Positions 38,021 through 51,220 of a stretch of 64,000 nucleotides of DNA are shown piece by piece. Under the pieces are notes generated by a model. That model was not told where the DNA came from. It did not search any database and saw only the letters and a list, made by a program, of their open reading frames with translations. Each line of letters begins with the position of its first letter. The stretch's first letter is position 1. The DNA lies in contig OX597826.1 of NCBI GenBank assembly GCA_951406725.2, forward strand, positions 44,020,001-44,084,000, read 5' to 3'. The position numbers were made by a program, and so were the translations under genes. The stretch is from Octopus vulgaris (lineage: Eukaryota).

Positions 38021-38343
38021 ATATATATATACACATATATATGGAGGTAGGTTGACATATGAATTCGACTAAATGAGTGTCTATGAGTACGGATATTTGT
38101 ATCTATCTGTGTGTGTCTGTATCTATGGTTATGTTTATGTCTAAGAAGAGGGTACTGCACAACACTATTTCTCGTAAACTAGCCATTTGGCACACAAATA
38201 ACAATAAAATAATTACTACTCTATAAAAACTTGACGATGATGCACCATCATGGCTGCAGCCAAATGACTGAAACATGTAAAAGAATACAAAAAGTAAAAA
38301 GATATATTTCCTTCTCCATTCACTTCCCTCCTTATTGATCCTA

Positions 38344-38380
38344 TCTTTCAGAAGACGAGTGAATACTCGAAACGTTGACA
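38344..38380 (+). ncRNA. Minimal hammerhead-like motif, degenerate core
   Basis: tcttt-CAGAAGA-c-GAGT-gaat-ACTC-GAAAC-GTT; same layout as 53796 motif with a compensatory stem II change. Confidence 0.45.
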
Positions 38381-38404
38381 AGTATTTCTACTTTTTTTTA
38401 AAGA

Positions 38405-38790
38405 AGAGTGGCTGTGTGGTAAGTAGCTTGCTTACCAACCACATGGTTCCGTATTCAGTCCCACTGCGTGACATCTTGAGTAAGTGTCTTCTACTATATT
38501 CTCAGGCCGACAAAATACTTGTGAGTGGATTTGGTAGACGGAAATTGAAAGAAGCCCGGCGTATATACATATGTATATATATATGTTTCTGTGTCTGTGT
38601 TTGTCCCCCAATGTCGCTTGACAACCAATGCTGGTGTGTTTATGCCTCCGTAACTTAGCGGTTCGGCAAAAGAGGCAGATAGAATAAGTACGAGGCTTAC
38701 AAAGAATAAGTCCTGGGGTCGATTTGCTCGACTAAGGTCGGTGCTCCAGCATGGCCGCAGTCAAATGACTAAAACGAGTAAAAGAGTAAA
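38405..38790 (+). mobile_element. SINE family B, near full length
   Basis: gagtggctgtgtggtaagtagcttgc...ccagcatggccgcagtcaaatgactaaaacgagtaaaagagtaaa. Confidence 0.92.
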
Positions 38791-39779
38791 GCAAAAAGCA
38801 CATTATGTTTGTCTCTGAACTATTTTTGTGTTGATTTTTGCATCGTACATGTATGTATGTATGATTTTTCCTGGGGTTTTATTAAAGTTCTCCTAAGGAG
38901 AATTCAAGCCGGTCGCTAACAAAGCGACAAAACGTTTTGAGGTATAAGTGGTTGAGTTGGTGTGTTGGTTGAACTGTCAATGCATACAGGCAAAGGTGTA
39001 CATCTATTCACATAAGAATCTCAGAGAGGAAAATTTTGGACCGTCTTACAAATCTTAACTGTGCCAATAATAGGTTGGACTAGGAAAATTCGCATCAGTT
39101 TCTTTTGTTCCATCTTCGTGAAAACGAGTATTTGTGCAAATCTGTATGTATATGTGCAAGTACGTCCGTATGTATGTCTGTAAGTACATATGTATCTATA
39201 TATGTATGCGTGTGTATATATATATATACATATGTCTGAGTATATATATATATACTCAGACATATGTATATGTATATATATATATACACACACACATGCA
39301 TTTCCATACACACACATACATATATAGATACATATGTACTTACAGACATACATAAATACGGACATGGAGGCACCACATATACATACAGATTTGCATATAT
39401 ATATAATATAGGTTATAAGTGGAAACGAACTATGGGACAATTCAGAAGTTATAAATAATAAATTTCTAAATGTTTTCACGACTAAATTTCGAAGAATTCT
39501 ACGTTGATCGAACCGAGCTAAATATGTTTAATGAGTGGGGAGATCATATCTTTCAAGAGGACACGAATGAAGTCGAAATGTTTCTAGCAAAAACAAATGA
39601 TTGATTGACTGACCGAATAGTTAATCAGATGATCGATTAATTATTTACTTATTAGTTATTTACCACCACCGCTTGACAACCGATATTGGTGTATTCACGT
39701 GCTCCTAACCTGGCGGTTCGGTAAGTGTATATATATATATAGTATAGAAATGTATATATACGTACATATATATGTATAT

Positions 39780-40250
39780 ACATATGCATATTTGAGTACA
39801 GGACGTCATAGAACGTAAACAGCATGAAATACGGAATGCGAAAACGTGGAATACGAGCATTTTTGCGAACAACGAAAGAAACATATGGAAAACAATACAA
39901 GTAACATAAAGAACGACCCTTCATCAGTTGTCAGCTATTTTATCTAATCCGCATTTCAGGCAATTATGACAAGATGCACCTTCGACAAAACAGTTGCTCC
40001 CGCAAAGCAAATTAAATAAAATTTGGGATTTGCGGAAGGTCAAAGTTGGTAACAAAATCAGGCAGTGAAAACAGACAGTAAGGGCTGCTAAGCCATAACG
40101 AGGTGAGGTGGCGAACGCTGGAGGAAGAAGCTTTAACATGTGACAGACAAGAAAGCGTTTTATCTCTGTAGCTGATCGAAAGTAAAGAAAGAATCTCAAG
40201 TTAGGAAACGAAAGATAGCCAATGGTCTCTTGTGAGCAACGAGAGAGTAA
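39780..40250 (-). mobile_element. Possible Penelope-like 3' fragment
   Basis: Minus strand ..AFATSPRYGLA resembles the GIY-YIG C-terminal LxTxxPxGLN; CTGATGAAGG at ~39919-39928. Confidence 0.35.
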
Positions 40251-40475
40251 AGGATGATGAGTGAAGAAGAGAGAGGGACAAACAGAGAACGGTGAAGGGG
40301 AGAGGAAAAGAATTAGAAAAAGGATGAGAGAAAAAAACGAAAGGGAGAGAAGGGGAGATAAAAAGAATTAGAGAGAGGAAACGAAAGGGAAGAAGGAAAG
40401 AGAAATAGAATAAGAGTAGCATCAAAATTATTGAGATAAAACTTACTTGTAAATGGATGCGTGGCCTTCAGTTAT

Positions 40476-40562
<87 letters not shown>

Positions 40563-40573
40563 TTCGTACCTGA

Positions 40574-40608
<35 letters not shown>

Positions 40609-40649
40609 TACGTAGATGAATATATATATATATATACATATATTCGTAC

Positions 40650-40686
<37 letters not shown>

Positions 40687-41207
40687 CACATACACGGACA
40701 TATTCTCACTCATATATAATACGCATATATATATATGTGTATGTATACATTGTAGGCATAAACTACTTGTCAAATTTGCTCAATGTCTGTTTAACCATAG
40801 TTTGCTGGGGTGTCAGGTCACTAGTCTATCTGACTATTAGTTAATTTGTAACGTATCACCAATGTTGCACTTTGTTTTAGTCATATACATACATTAACCA
40901 ATATGCCAATCATTCTACAGTTTCACCTCTTCCTACATCGCCAAGATTTCCCAAAGCAGATATTTAGAAAATATATATATATTTAAACAAGATTTTTCAA
41001 TTGTTCGATGTGAAACTCGATAAACTGTTATGCAAATTAAAACAGACAAGATACTGGGATAATAAAATCCTAGTATTTATAAAATACAATGCCGCTTGAT
41101 ATTATGGTGTTTTACAGATTTATTCAGTGGACAATCTGTACTCATTAAAGACTTCTTTGCTGCAAATAAGGCCTACTGCTTTCAGTGGCATTTTTATTAT
41201 GTAACTA

Positions 41208-41630
41208 AATGGCTGTATGATATGAAACTTGCTTCCTAACCAGATGGTCAAGTGTTCGGTCCCACTGCGTGTCAACTTTGACTAGTGTATTCTGCTGCAA
41301 CCCCTGGTCGACCAGATCTCTGTGAGTGGATTTAGCAGGCACAATCTAAAAGAAACCCGCCCTGGATATATATATCTGTATCTATATCTGTGTCTCTTTA
41401 TATAAATGTGTATGTGCGTGCGTGTGTATGTGTGTGTTTGTGCACATATCAGTGTATGTGTTTGTGTGTGTGGTTGTGTACATATCAATGTGTGTGTATG
41501 TGTGTGTGTGTGTTTGTGTTTACGTTTGCTCCACAACACCCTTTGACAACTGGTGATAGCTTGTTTACGTCCCCATAACTTAGCGATTCGGCAAAAAGGA
41601 CCGATAGAATAAGTAACAGATTTTTACAAG
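41208..41630 (+). mobile_element. SINE family B (diverged)
   Basis: tggctgtatg...cttgcttcctaacc...gtcccactgcgtg...gtgagtggattt...(TG)n...ttagcgattcggcaaaa...gatagaataagta. Confidence 0.82.
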
Positions 41631-41744
41631 GAAAAAGAAACATTCAGGAGGGTAGTGTTGCAATCTTAGTCACTTACACGCCATTGAAACTGGGTTCAGC
41701 TTTATGAGTCTTAGAGGTCATAACAGCTGCAGCAACAGTAAGTA

Positions 41745-42105
41745 CTGTACTTTCGAGCATAAAAGGCACATCTTAATTTTGGCGGGTGTGATCTGCAAGA
41801 AAAAAAAAAAAAACTGCAGCTAACCCCGAATAATCTAGTTGAATATCTCAAACATTTTCATGTATAGGAACCATGAAGATTTAGACTGACGCCCTTTTGG
41901 AAATCTTTTATGGTAGGCCGTGTTACAATACCGGCTTTAACACCACAAAATATCATCACTGCCATCCACCGACAAAAAAATTGCCCTTCGTTAATAAACT
42001 AACCAAATCTACCCAAAGTCTGACCTTCGGCATATGAGGCTCAGGGTTAAGTTTTGTGGGGAATGTTTTTCGGAAAAAGTGCGCTTTATATACCGGAAAA
42101 TAGAG
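41745..42105. mobile_element. Old Tc2/pogo-like MITE
   Basis: TA-ctgtactttcgagcataaaaggcac vs reverse complement of right end TA-ctctattttccggtatataaagcgcac. Confidence 0.4.
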
Positions 42106-42314
42106 TAGTTCTGAATCTGGATATTGTTACAAGAACAATGGTTCAAAGTCTTGTTACATTTTGCTTCGTACATTTATACACTGTGATCAGTTTCTCATCA
42201 ATTTGTTGATAAAATTAAAAATTGCACTGTACCATAAGATTGCACCGTACCATAAGTTACTATTGTAAGTTCACCTCATTCCTTTGTTAAAGACTGTGAT
42301 GGTCATAAATGTAA

Positions 42315-42500
42315 TAATCCTTTCTACTATAGGTACAAGATCTGAAATTTTGGGGTAGGGGTCTACTCGATTACATCGATGCCAGTGTTTCACTGGTACT
42401 TAATTTATCGACCCCGAAAGGATGAAAGGAAAAGTCGACCTCGGTGGAATTTGAGCTCAGAACGTAGCGACGGGCGAAATACTGCTAAGCATCTCGCCAC
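42315..42500 (-). mobile_element. SINE family A
   Basis: cctttctactataggtacaag...ctggtacttaatttatcgaccccgaaaggatgaaagg...cgaaatactgctaagcat. Confidence 0.88.
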
Positions 42501-42667
42501 CTTGGTCATAAATATAATAATATTTTGCAGATATTTTTGGAAATGATAAATTTGAGAGAATTCCCGTATGCATGTATTTTTTTTTACTTTTTGATCTAGG
42601 GAAATTTAGATTACAAATTAACGAATAAAATCTGAAATCCAGTAACGTTGCCACGGTTTTCTGCATA

Positions 42668-43483
42668 AGAAGGGGTACATAAAAGTCACCGGAAACGTTC
42701 TCTGTGGAACGAGCTCGTTGTAATACAAACTTCTGCTGCTAGAAGCCACTTGATGTGATCCTAAGATATCAGTCTGCTGACCGGCATTGTCTTTTACAGT
42801 CGTACTGCGACGTGGTGTGTCTTTGTTTTGCTCGCTGGCATCCGCCGCCGTTCCGTTCGTTCGTCCTCTCACCACCGAACGTTCGGTTTCTTCCTAGCCT
42901 ACATGCCGTCGTCGCTGCAGTGCGCCCACATGCCTTTGCTCACGGCGACCACGACCGTGTGGTCGTTACCGCCGCTCGTCCGACTGCGCCTTTCGCCTCT
43001 CCGCTGTTCATCAATTTTGGTGATGGCGGAAAGGAAGGGACAGCGTGCTTCCGCGAAATTCTGTTTTCTGTTGGCGAAAACAGCGGCCGAAGCAGTGGTT
43101 AAGCTTTGAGAGAGGAAATGCAAATGAAAAGAGTTGCAGCAAAGTTTGTCTCGCTTGTTCACAGATGACCGAAGCAGTCACGACTGAATGCTTATCGTGA
43201 AATGAAATAACAGTTGGAAGTTGATCCAGGCTTTTTTCGAAGGTCGTCACTGGTAACGAAAGCTGGTATTACGGAATTTGCAGATGTAAAATAGGTGAAG
43301 CAAAAAAAAAAAAAACGACGGCGATGTTAAGGTATCACTACGCAAGAGTTCCAGCACTGCTTCGAAAAGTGGAAAATGTGCCTGGACCGATGCATTGCTT
43401 CAAACGCAGGATACTTTGAAGGCGATAAACTAACTGAATAAAATAATATTGCAAAATTCCGGTTTCTTTTGGGTATCGCTCCG
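42668..43483 (+). mobile_element. Internally deleted mariner transposon with both TIRs and TA duplication
   Basis: TIRs agaaggggtacataaaagtcaccggaa / cggagcgatacccaaaagaaaccggaa; TA at 42666-67 and 43484-85; fragments MAERKGQRASAKFCFLLAKTAAE, MKRVAAKFV..VVTGNESWYYG, FQHCFEKWKMCLDRCIASNAGYFEGD. Confidence 0.88.
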
Positions 43484-43546
43484 TACAATAATTTTCACAC
43501 CCACCCACCAGAAACCTCACCTGGTTCTCTGATACGAGCTTCCACG

Positions 43547-43713
43547 TTTTAAAGTGATTTGAATTAAACCCTACCTACTATTTTATATTAGTTTATGTTT
43601 CAAACAGCAGTTTAATAGTATCAAATTTGTTTTGTGAAATTATCTATTATTTTCAAGATTATTTGAAACAAAGGCATTGCATTTCAATAGAAACACGGTA
43701 ACAGAAGGGTTAA
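43547..43713. mobile_element. Possible piggyBac-like non-autonomous element end
   Basis: Terminates in ...acggtaacagaaGGGTTAA; other end not found. Confidence 0.35.
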
Positions 43714-44471
43714 TATTACTAGGAGAACATATTCAAGAATTTTCTTCGAATTAGTCCACTTTACCCATCTGACAATAGTTTATTAACATCAGCAAGAAAC
43801 AAAGTGTGAAGACATATTCCGTGTTATTAATAACGCTCTCAGAATGAAATACGATGCTGAGATCTGACAGATACTAACATCTTCTGGCTAGACATGAGAT
43901 AACAGTTACTTTAATTCCGAGATAACTATTTTTAAACTCAAAGTTAACAGAAATATTTCAACTATAAATCATTTTAGTTAGTAAATGTTAGATTCAATTA
44001 AGACAGAAACAACTTTCCTTCTGTTCCCCGATCTCTACAGTCATAGGAACACCATCACAATGGAATCATTTAATGTTTTTCAAAGCACAAATATAGCATA
44101 CAGGGATTCCACCGTTTCAGATTCTTGCTTCATTTATCAGCACTGGGCCAGTCGAAGAATTTATCTCCTTTCAACCACTCTCTATCCTTCTCCCTCTCTC
44201 CCCACGCCCCTATCTTCAGCTATCTTCCTCTCTCCCTTTCTGTCACTGTCTGTCTGTCTCTTCCTCTCGACTCTCTTTCACTCATCATTTCAATCCAATC
44301 TATCTCTATATCTCTTGGAGAGATTTCCCAAACTGCTTCTCTATTTACAAGCGCTTTAATCAGTTTTCTGCACCTGCTTAGCTTCCGGCTTCTAACTCTT
44401 CTGTATAATATTTACCATACAATAAACGAACTGCCTGACATACAAGTTTGACCTGCGTTTCTCTTCAATAG

Positions 44472-44540
44472 GCATCACAGCAGAGTGCTTTTGCTATCAG
44501 AGAAATCCTTGAAATTCTAATAGCAAATATAACTTGTGAA
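44472..44540 (+). CDS. Candidate 69-nt symmetric exon (ASQQSAFAIREILEILIANITCE)
   Basis: ctgac branch-like site, ctgcgtttctcttcaatag acceptor, GAA|GTTAGC donor, open phase-0 frame; no homology recognised. Confidence 0.28.
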
Positions 44541-45225
44541 GTTAGCTTCCTTTCCGTTGTGCATCCAATGCAGCGTTAAAGAGTCTTAGATACTTCCTCT
44601 ACGTTAATGCAAAATATTAATTTTATCAAATAAACAGAAAAAACCCCCAAATATTCTTATCGTCTCCGCACTGTGTATACTAAATTGAGATTAACGGTTT
44701 ATGAACTACTTTTCTTTCCATTCATTCCTTTTGGGATTAGAATAAGTATAAATATGTATTCGCTTATTCAAAATAAGTATATATATATATGTGTGTCTGT
44801 GTATATATATATATATATCAAGATAAGTATATATATATACATATATGTATATGTATGTATGTATGTATGTATATATGTATGTATGTGTGTATGTATGTAT
44901 GGATGGATGGATGAATGAATGGATGGAGGAGTGTGTATAGATATGTATATATGTACATACGTATATACACACATATATATATAAACATACATATACATTC
45001 ATATTTGTGCATATATATATATCTATCTATATAAGTGCATATGTACGTACATTTATTATCTATGTATGTATCTATCTATCACTACACACACACACATGCA
45101 CTCACGTATACATGCGATACATGCATACATACACATGCAAACACATACGTATTTAAACATTAATGTACACATTCACATTTATAAATGCAATAGTCCTAAT
45201 GAATATACTTATAGTAATAATATAT

Positions 45226-45291
<66 letters not shown>

Positions 45292-45470
45292 GGATATATA
45301 TATATATATATACTATTAATACACCGAAGCTTAGAAATATCTAAGTATGTAAGATGTATGTGCGTATATATGTATCTATGTATTTCTCTCTCTTTCTCAC
45401 TATCAATCTCTCTCTCTGTCTTTCTCTCTCTATCTATTTATCTTGCCATACATACGTACATACATATATA

Positions 45471-45524
<54 letters not shown>

Positions 45525-46298
45525 TATACGTATGCATGTAGATATATTTACATATATAGATGTTCCTCTAACTATATGTCATGTGGTTCACTACTGTGTG
45601 TCTATACACATGTATTTATATGTGCTTATGTATTCATGTCAATAAGGAGACTTTCGTTTCTTAACAGGCGTTTTGTTGACAGTAAGTTCTTTTCAAAGTA
45701 TGTTCGATACTCAGGTTCAATGCATAGTCGTAGCTTTATTTTCGAAATCCTTATCATTGCTTTCTATGTAAGACATATACACCAATCCACCCATTACGCC
45801 AACGCCTTATATCAACAGAACTGAACGATCGACGATATATGATTATAATATATGGATGCACAGTTACGTATTTGTATTCCTGCGTAAATAGTTATTTAAA
45901 TACAGACATGTTTAGACAGTTTCATCTGCAGATTATGCTTCTTATCACACCGTAGAAATCCGTTTATTAAATGCAAAATCGTCCAAATATGACTCAGCTA
46001 CAACAAATAATATATAACAAAACAAAGGCGACATTATGTGTATTATTCTTCCATAGTTTTATTTGTTCAAACTACAATGAATGTTAAAAATGGTGAAGAG
46101 CCATTCAGTACTGTTTTACATATTCTTGTATTTATATATTTATGACTATGTATTTTGTGTATGCTTTCATTTGTCTGGCTTTATCTCAAACATACATATT
46201 AACACCCAATAACGTGTTTGCCTCTCATTTTCTGAATGCATGCGTGCAAATTTATGTATGCATGTATGTATGTATCGATGTATGGAAGCATGAATGCA

Positions 46299-46333
<35 letters not shown>

Positions 46334-46592
46334 TTATTTATTTATCGATCTATCTATCTATTTATCTCTCTCTTTCTATCTATCTATCTATCTACATATC
46401 TGTCTGTCTATCTATCTATCTATCTATATATATATATATGTATGGATACACACATATATATGTATATATGTGTACACACACATACATATACATTTATTAA
46501 TATATACATATATGTGTTTATGCTCATAAGCAAATAGTTATTTAGTTAGTAGATAGACAGAGAGACAGACAAATAGGCAAATAGAGAGACTC

Positions 46593-46674
<82 letters not shown>

Positions 46675-47443
46675 GCGCATGTGAATATGTTTGTTTATAA
46701 ATGTTGTACAAGTACGTGATATTCGCGATAGCATGCGATAGTATGTGTATTTCGTTTCCTTTCACTTAAAAATAAAGCAAAAACGAAACAAAAAGCAAAA
46801 CAAATATAATGACAAACCACAACAACAACAACAACGACAACGACAACAACAACAAAATGAAAACGTGCCATTAATATCTTAGCAAACATTCATTCATGAA
46901 TAATAAAAAAGTAGCAAAGGAAAATGCGTAATGTCAACTCAGTCTGTTGGACAATGGAGGTGTGATTTATTGTTGACATAAGGCAGTAAAAGAGGTCAGG
47001 ACCATATCAACTTCGTACCTCAATCTTACAGGGTTTAAAACTTGTGTGAGCTTGTGTACACAAACGCGATCAGAATCAATTATAAGGAAGATATTCTGTA
47101 AACATCTATTCACTACTGCATGTTTAAAGCTATGTTCAACGTCAGAGCCTTATGACAACACAACTGATTGATGATTTTCTCTAATAATTTTGCTGCTTCT
47201 GTTCTGTGTTCTCAATGGTTCTAGCTTGTCATCTATGGAGATAAACTTATAGAAGTTACACATAGTACATCTAGACCTGACGTAATATTATGAAGATCAA
47301 ATATAATAGTCATCATAGTTACTATCGAATAATTATTCTGCTTATGCATTGAATTATTACCTGAAACAAAAGATCGAAGAATTCAGATGTTGTCTTCTTA
47401 GTCAAACTTATATCAGGCGATAAGGAAATCGACACACACTCAC

Positions 47444-47478
<35 letters not shown>

Positions 47479-47579
47479 CACACACAGACCCACCCCCACA
47501 CAGAAATATATATATATGTCTACCACTTTGCGAGCCTTATGAAACAAAGAAACATGTACAGAACTTCATGCACGCATGC

Positions 47580-48400
47580 AATTCTCTGGAAGTGATAGGA
47601 TTGGGGTATACCCGGGAGCTACAAAGAAGTTAGGTAACAATAAATGTAATGAAACCAGTGGTGACTACCCTACATACAGAGGTAAAAACTAGAATAGGAT
47701 ACAGAGAGTTTACGATAAAGCAAACGGGGTGGTACATGGTACAAAGGCGACAAATATCAAGGAGTGATGTTTGTGGAGGCCACAGCCCATAGAGAACCAG
47801 CCCGAAGATTTAGGAAAGTTCTAAAGAAGACCTAACTCAACATTAAAATCATTTAGCTCCAACAAATTACGGTTATAGAAATAATACATTCCTAAATCTC
47901 TCAGAGATATACGCAGTAGCACAGGAAATGTGTCAAGTCCAACAGGAAACGGTGCTTCCTGGGGCTAAATAACAGTAGCATTCTTCCCTTTCATAGGACT
48001 GTCACATTAAGCAGACAACATACTATCAGATTACGGTTATGTTAGACTACCTCTTTCAGAATACTACATACACCAATGAAAACTGCATGGTATATTTGAT
48101 TAACCCTGGCATTAACTGTAGAAATAGAAATGTAGTCTACAGTATAAGATGCATAGAAGGTGCTTGTAAAGACAAGAATCTAACATACATTGGTAAGATA
48201 TCTAGAAACATTGCGGAATATTTTAGACACTATGACGAAATAAAACAGTCCCCCATACTCTACCAAAATGCCAAAGTCAACACTGAGGCACAATGAGTAA
48301 ACTTGACATCTGCAATTTATCCAAGCAGCCGAAAGACCCAACACCCAGACAAATACAAGAGTATGTTCTCATAAAGGAAACATCTCTTTACTATCACAAC
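47580..48400 (+). mobile_element. Penelope-like element remnant with GIY-YIG endonuclease
   Basis: ORF 48039-48296 NCRNRNVVYSIRCIEGACKDKNLTYIGKISRNI has the VY-C-C-YIG-R pattern; frameshifted RQIQEYVLIKE follows; upstream limit approximate. Confidence 0.72.
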
Positions 48401-48414
48401 ATTTACTATCACAA

Positions 48415-49260
48415 CATTTTGGGTATTTTTGTCTCAACATTTTGGGTATTTTTGTCTCTCTTGTTTATCAGGTATTTAGTAGTTACCTCTTGTTCTTGAA
48501 TAGCGAAGGCATATCCTTCTAGGTGGGATGTAAAATAGATACCAAAGATCCAGGTGACGTTACTCTTCTTGTCAATGTCTTTGTTATCCTCTATTTTGCG
48601 GGATATGTACCCATATCACATGGCTCAGTGGTTAGAGCGTCGAGCTTACGATCGTGAGGTTGTGAGCTCGAATCCCGGACCGGGCTGCGTGTTGTGTTCT
48701 TGAGCAAGGCACTTTATTTCACGTTGCTCCAGTTCACTCAGCTGTAGAAATGAGTCGCGACGTCACTGGTGCCAAGCTGTATCGACCTTTGTCTTTCCCT
48801 TGGATAACACTGGTGGCGTGAAGAAGGGAGGCTGGTATGCATGGGCGACTGCTGGCCTTCCATAAAACAACCTTGCCCGGACTTGTGTCTAGGAGGGTAA
48901 CTTTCTAGGTGCAATCCCATGGTCATTCATGACCGAAGGGGGTCTTTACCCTTACACATACATTCTAAGACTCTTTAAGGCTTGGCAGCTTTTCTCCAAC
49001 TCTGAAGACATTGCAGATCTCACTTTTGATTATGCATGGTGTGTATGCATTTCTTTCTTTACTGTTCAGAAGGTGTTATCTGAGTGATACAATGCGACAT
49101 CGAATGCTGTTTGGACCGACCTTATGCCTCTACCACCATCACTTCGTCCCATTTATAATGGTTGTGTCTTGATCCGAGAAAGACTGCTCTGCAAATTCTT
49201 GCTGAATAACCTGTACTGATGAATTGTTTATATTGATCAAATGTTTGGATTGCTCACTTT
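48415..49260 (-). mobile_element. R4/Dong-like LINE fragment interrupted by a SINE
   Basis: Minus strand MGRSDGGRGIRSVQTAF (~49100-49155) and GYISRKIEDNKDIDKKSNVTW..TSHLEGYAFAIQEQEVTTKYL (~48460-48612). Confidence 0.75.
48619..48955 (+). mobile_element. tRNA-Arg(ACG)-like CORE-SINE, near full length
   Basis: A box tggctcagtgg, B-box-like gagctcgaatccc, CORE-like gttgtgttcttgagcaaggcactttatt...cactcagctgtagaaatg, tail ending tttacccttac. Confidence 0.85.
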
Positions 49261-49267
49261 CACTGCA

Positions 49268-49450
49268 TCAAATGGGCATTGCCTGTATAAGTGAACATTG
49301 CATCACACGTCCCATGTCGAGGTGGTCCCCGAACAGCGTGCAGTCGAGTGTTTTGCCGAAAAGCACAACGCACCGTCCAATCCGGGAGTCGACCTCATGA
49401 TATCTTGATCGTGAGAACAACACCTTAACAACAAGTCCACGCGTCCTCAT
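49268..49450 (-). mobile_element. Diverged tRNA-Arg-like CORE-SINE with a different tail
   Basis: gaggacgcgtggacttgttgttaagg...tcacgatc...gaggtcgactccc...gcgttgtgcttttcggcaaaacact. Confidence 0.55.
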
Positions 49451-49734
49451 ATATAAGCCTATAATAGCAACATGTAATTCGGGGTAATGTCCTCTATAAA
49501 AGCTTCGGGTCGAGCTAATGCATTAGCTTGTGTGAAATGTGAAATTTAACGATGAAAACAGAATTGAAGCGCGGTAAGGAGATCCTTCCTGTTCACGGAT
49601 GTTAGATAATAAAACTTCTGTCACTGTAATGCTATAGTTTCCTCCTTAACAGACGCAAGAAGTGTTGGATGTTCCTGCAAACATTCGTGCTATGTGTTCG
49701 ATATAAGTATAACTTCCTTCTTTTCTTTTACCAG

Positions 49735-49789
49735 ATCTAGATGCCTGTACACAGTGCCATGGCCGTTGTTATTCATCTTCTGAATCTGA
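49735..49789 (+). CDS. Candidate 55-nt exon (xLDACTQCHGRCYSSSES)
   Basis: Acceptor ttccttcttttcttttaccag and consensus donor GA|GTAAGT; a single open frame. Confidence 0.3.
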
Positions 49790-50594
49790 GTAAGTCATTA
49801 AAATAAATAAAAAGATTTGAAACCGAAGTTTCTTATACACAGTTGAAAAGATTCTAACTGAATCGAGACATCGACACAATCTTATGCAAGAAAAACAATT
49901 TTATAATTCTCAGTTGTTATTATGTTATATCACTTTTAATATTTTTTATTACCATATTTTCAGTTTTCTTATTTTGCACGTGTAATACATTGTGATAACA
50001 TTTTATTTGATTATTTTTCAATGTCGTTTCGCTTCCATACATCGCTTTTTTCCATGTTATTTATCTAATTAATACACGCTCGGAAAGAGTAATATGTAAA
50101 TATTCGCTATATATGATGATTTTTTCCCCGTTAAAGCACGTTTTTATGGCGCAGTTTTGATTGATATATACCCTCATATATTTAACGGATCTTTTTGTAA
50201 TCAGAAATTTGTGTAATCATATAGAAAAGATGTGAAGTGAGACTAAACTATTTTTTTATAACCTCTATAATTTGTTCGATTTATTTATGACCTTGAGCAA
50301 AGCTGGTTAGTTGCTTCTAATTATATAGTTAAAGAAATTGAAAGATTATACTGTATACCTAATACATATACATACATATGTACACACATGCGTACATATA
50401 TATTTATGAAGAAATTGAAAAAATAATAGAGATACTTATATATATATATATCTGTGTGTCTGCGTGTATGTTTGTGTGAATATATATTTATATATATACA
50501 TACATATATACATATATACATATATGCATATATATATATATATACATATATGTATATATATATATACAAATATATATACATATATATATACACA

Positions 50595-50660
<66 letters not shown>

Positions 50661-50852
50661 CTGTTAAGTTAGACATGGCCTGGATCAATCTTTGGTCGAA
50701 ACATATGTAAGTTTTATATATATATGTATGTATATGTATAGTCTCATGCATAAACAACATAAATGCATTCATACACACATATACACATATATCTTACACC
50801 TATATTTGTATGAGTATACGTTCATGTATATATACATGTAGTTTATGTGTAG

Positions 50853-51220
50853 ATATGAAGATATGTAGAAGCGACTCCGGGCTGAAAAAAAAGAACAGAC
50901 GATAGCTGCATTCTTCTCGAAGAAATGGACAAAAAGGCCAGCAGAGCCAATTTTTTCGAGAAGGATCTCTTAGAAGATCTTCGGAAGAGCAAAGGCCCCG
51001 TTTTTGACAACATTGTTCGAAATAAAAAAAACAGCAATTTCGAAAACGTAAACAATGAGAGTCCTTTCGTGAGCGAATCAACGGACGAGTTGAGTACAAG
51101 TAACCACAACAGAAACAACGACATCATTAGCACCACAACCACCAAAAACAACTATATAACGGCAATAACAAAGCAGCAACAACAACGATTCCACAGGTCT
51201 GTAAATAGGTTCGGCAGATG
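50853..51220 (+). CDS. Candidate exon or pseudo-exon (MDKKASRANFFEKDLL...), unidentified
   Basis: Non-repetitive island with a 99-codon ORF at 50925-51224 and TG|GTGAGA donor-like site at 51221; removing one A from the A8 run at 50885-50892 would extend the frame upstream. Confidence 0.3.

Noticed and set aside
42618-43250. GC-rich overlapping ORFs suggesting a host gene or CpG island
   Set aside because: Lie within a mariner element defined by TIRs and transposase motifs
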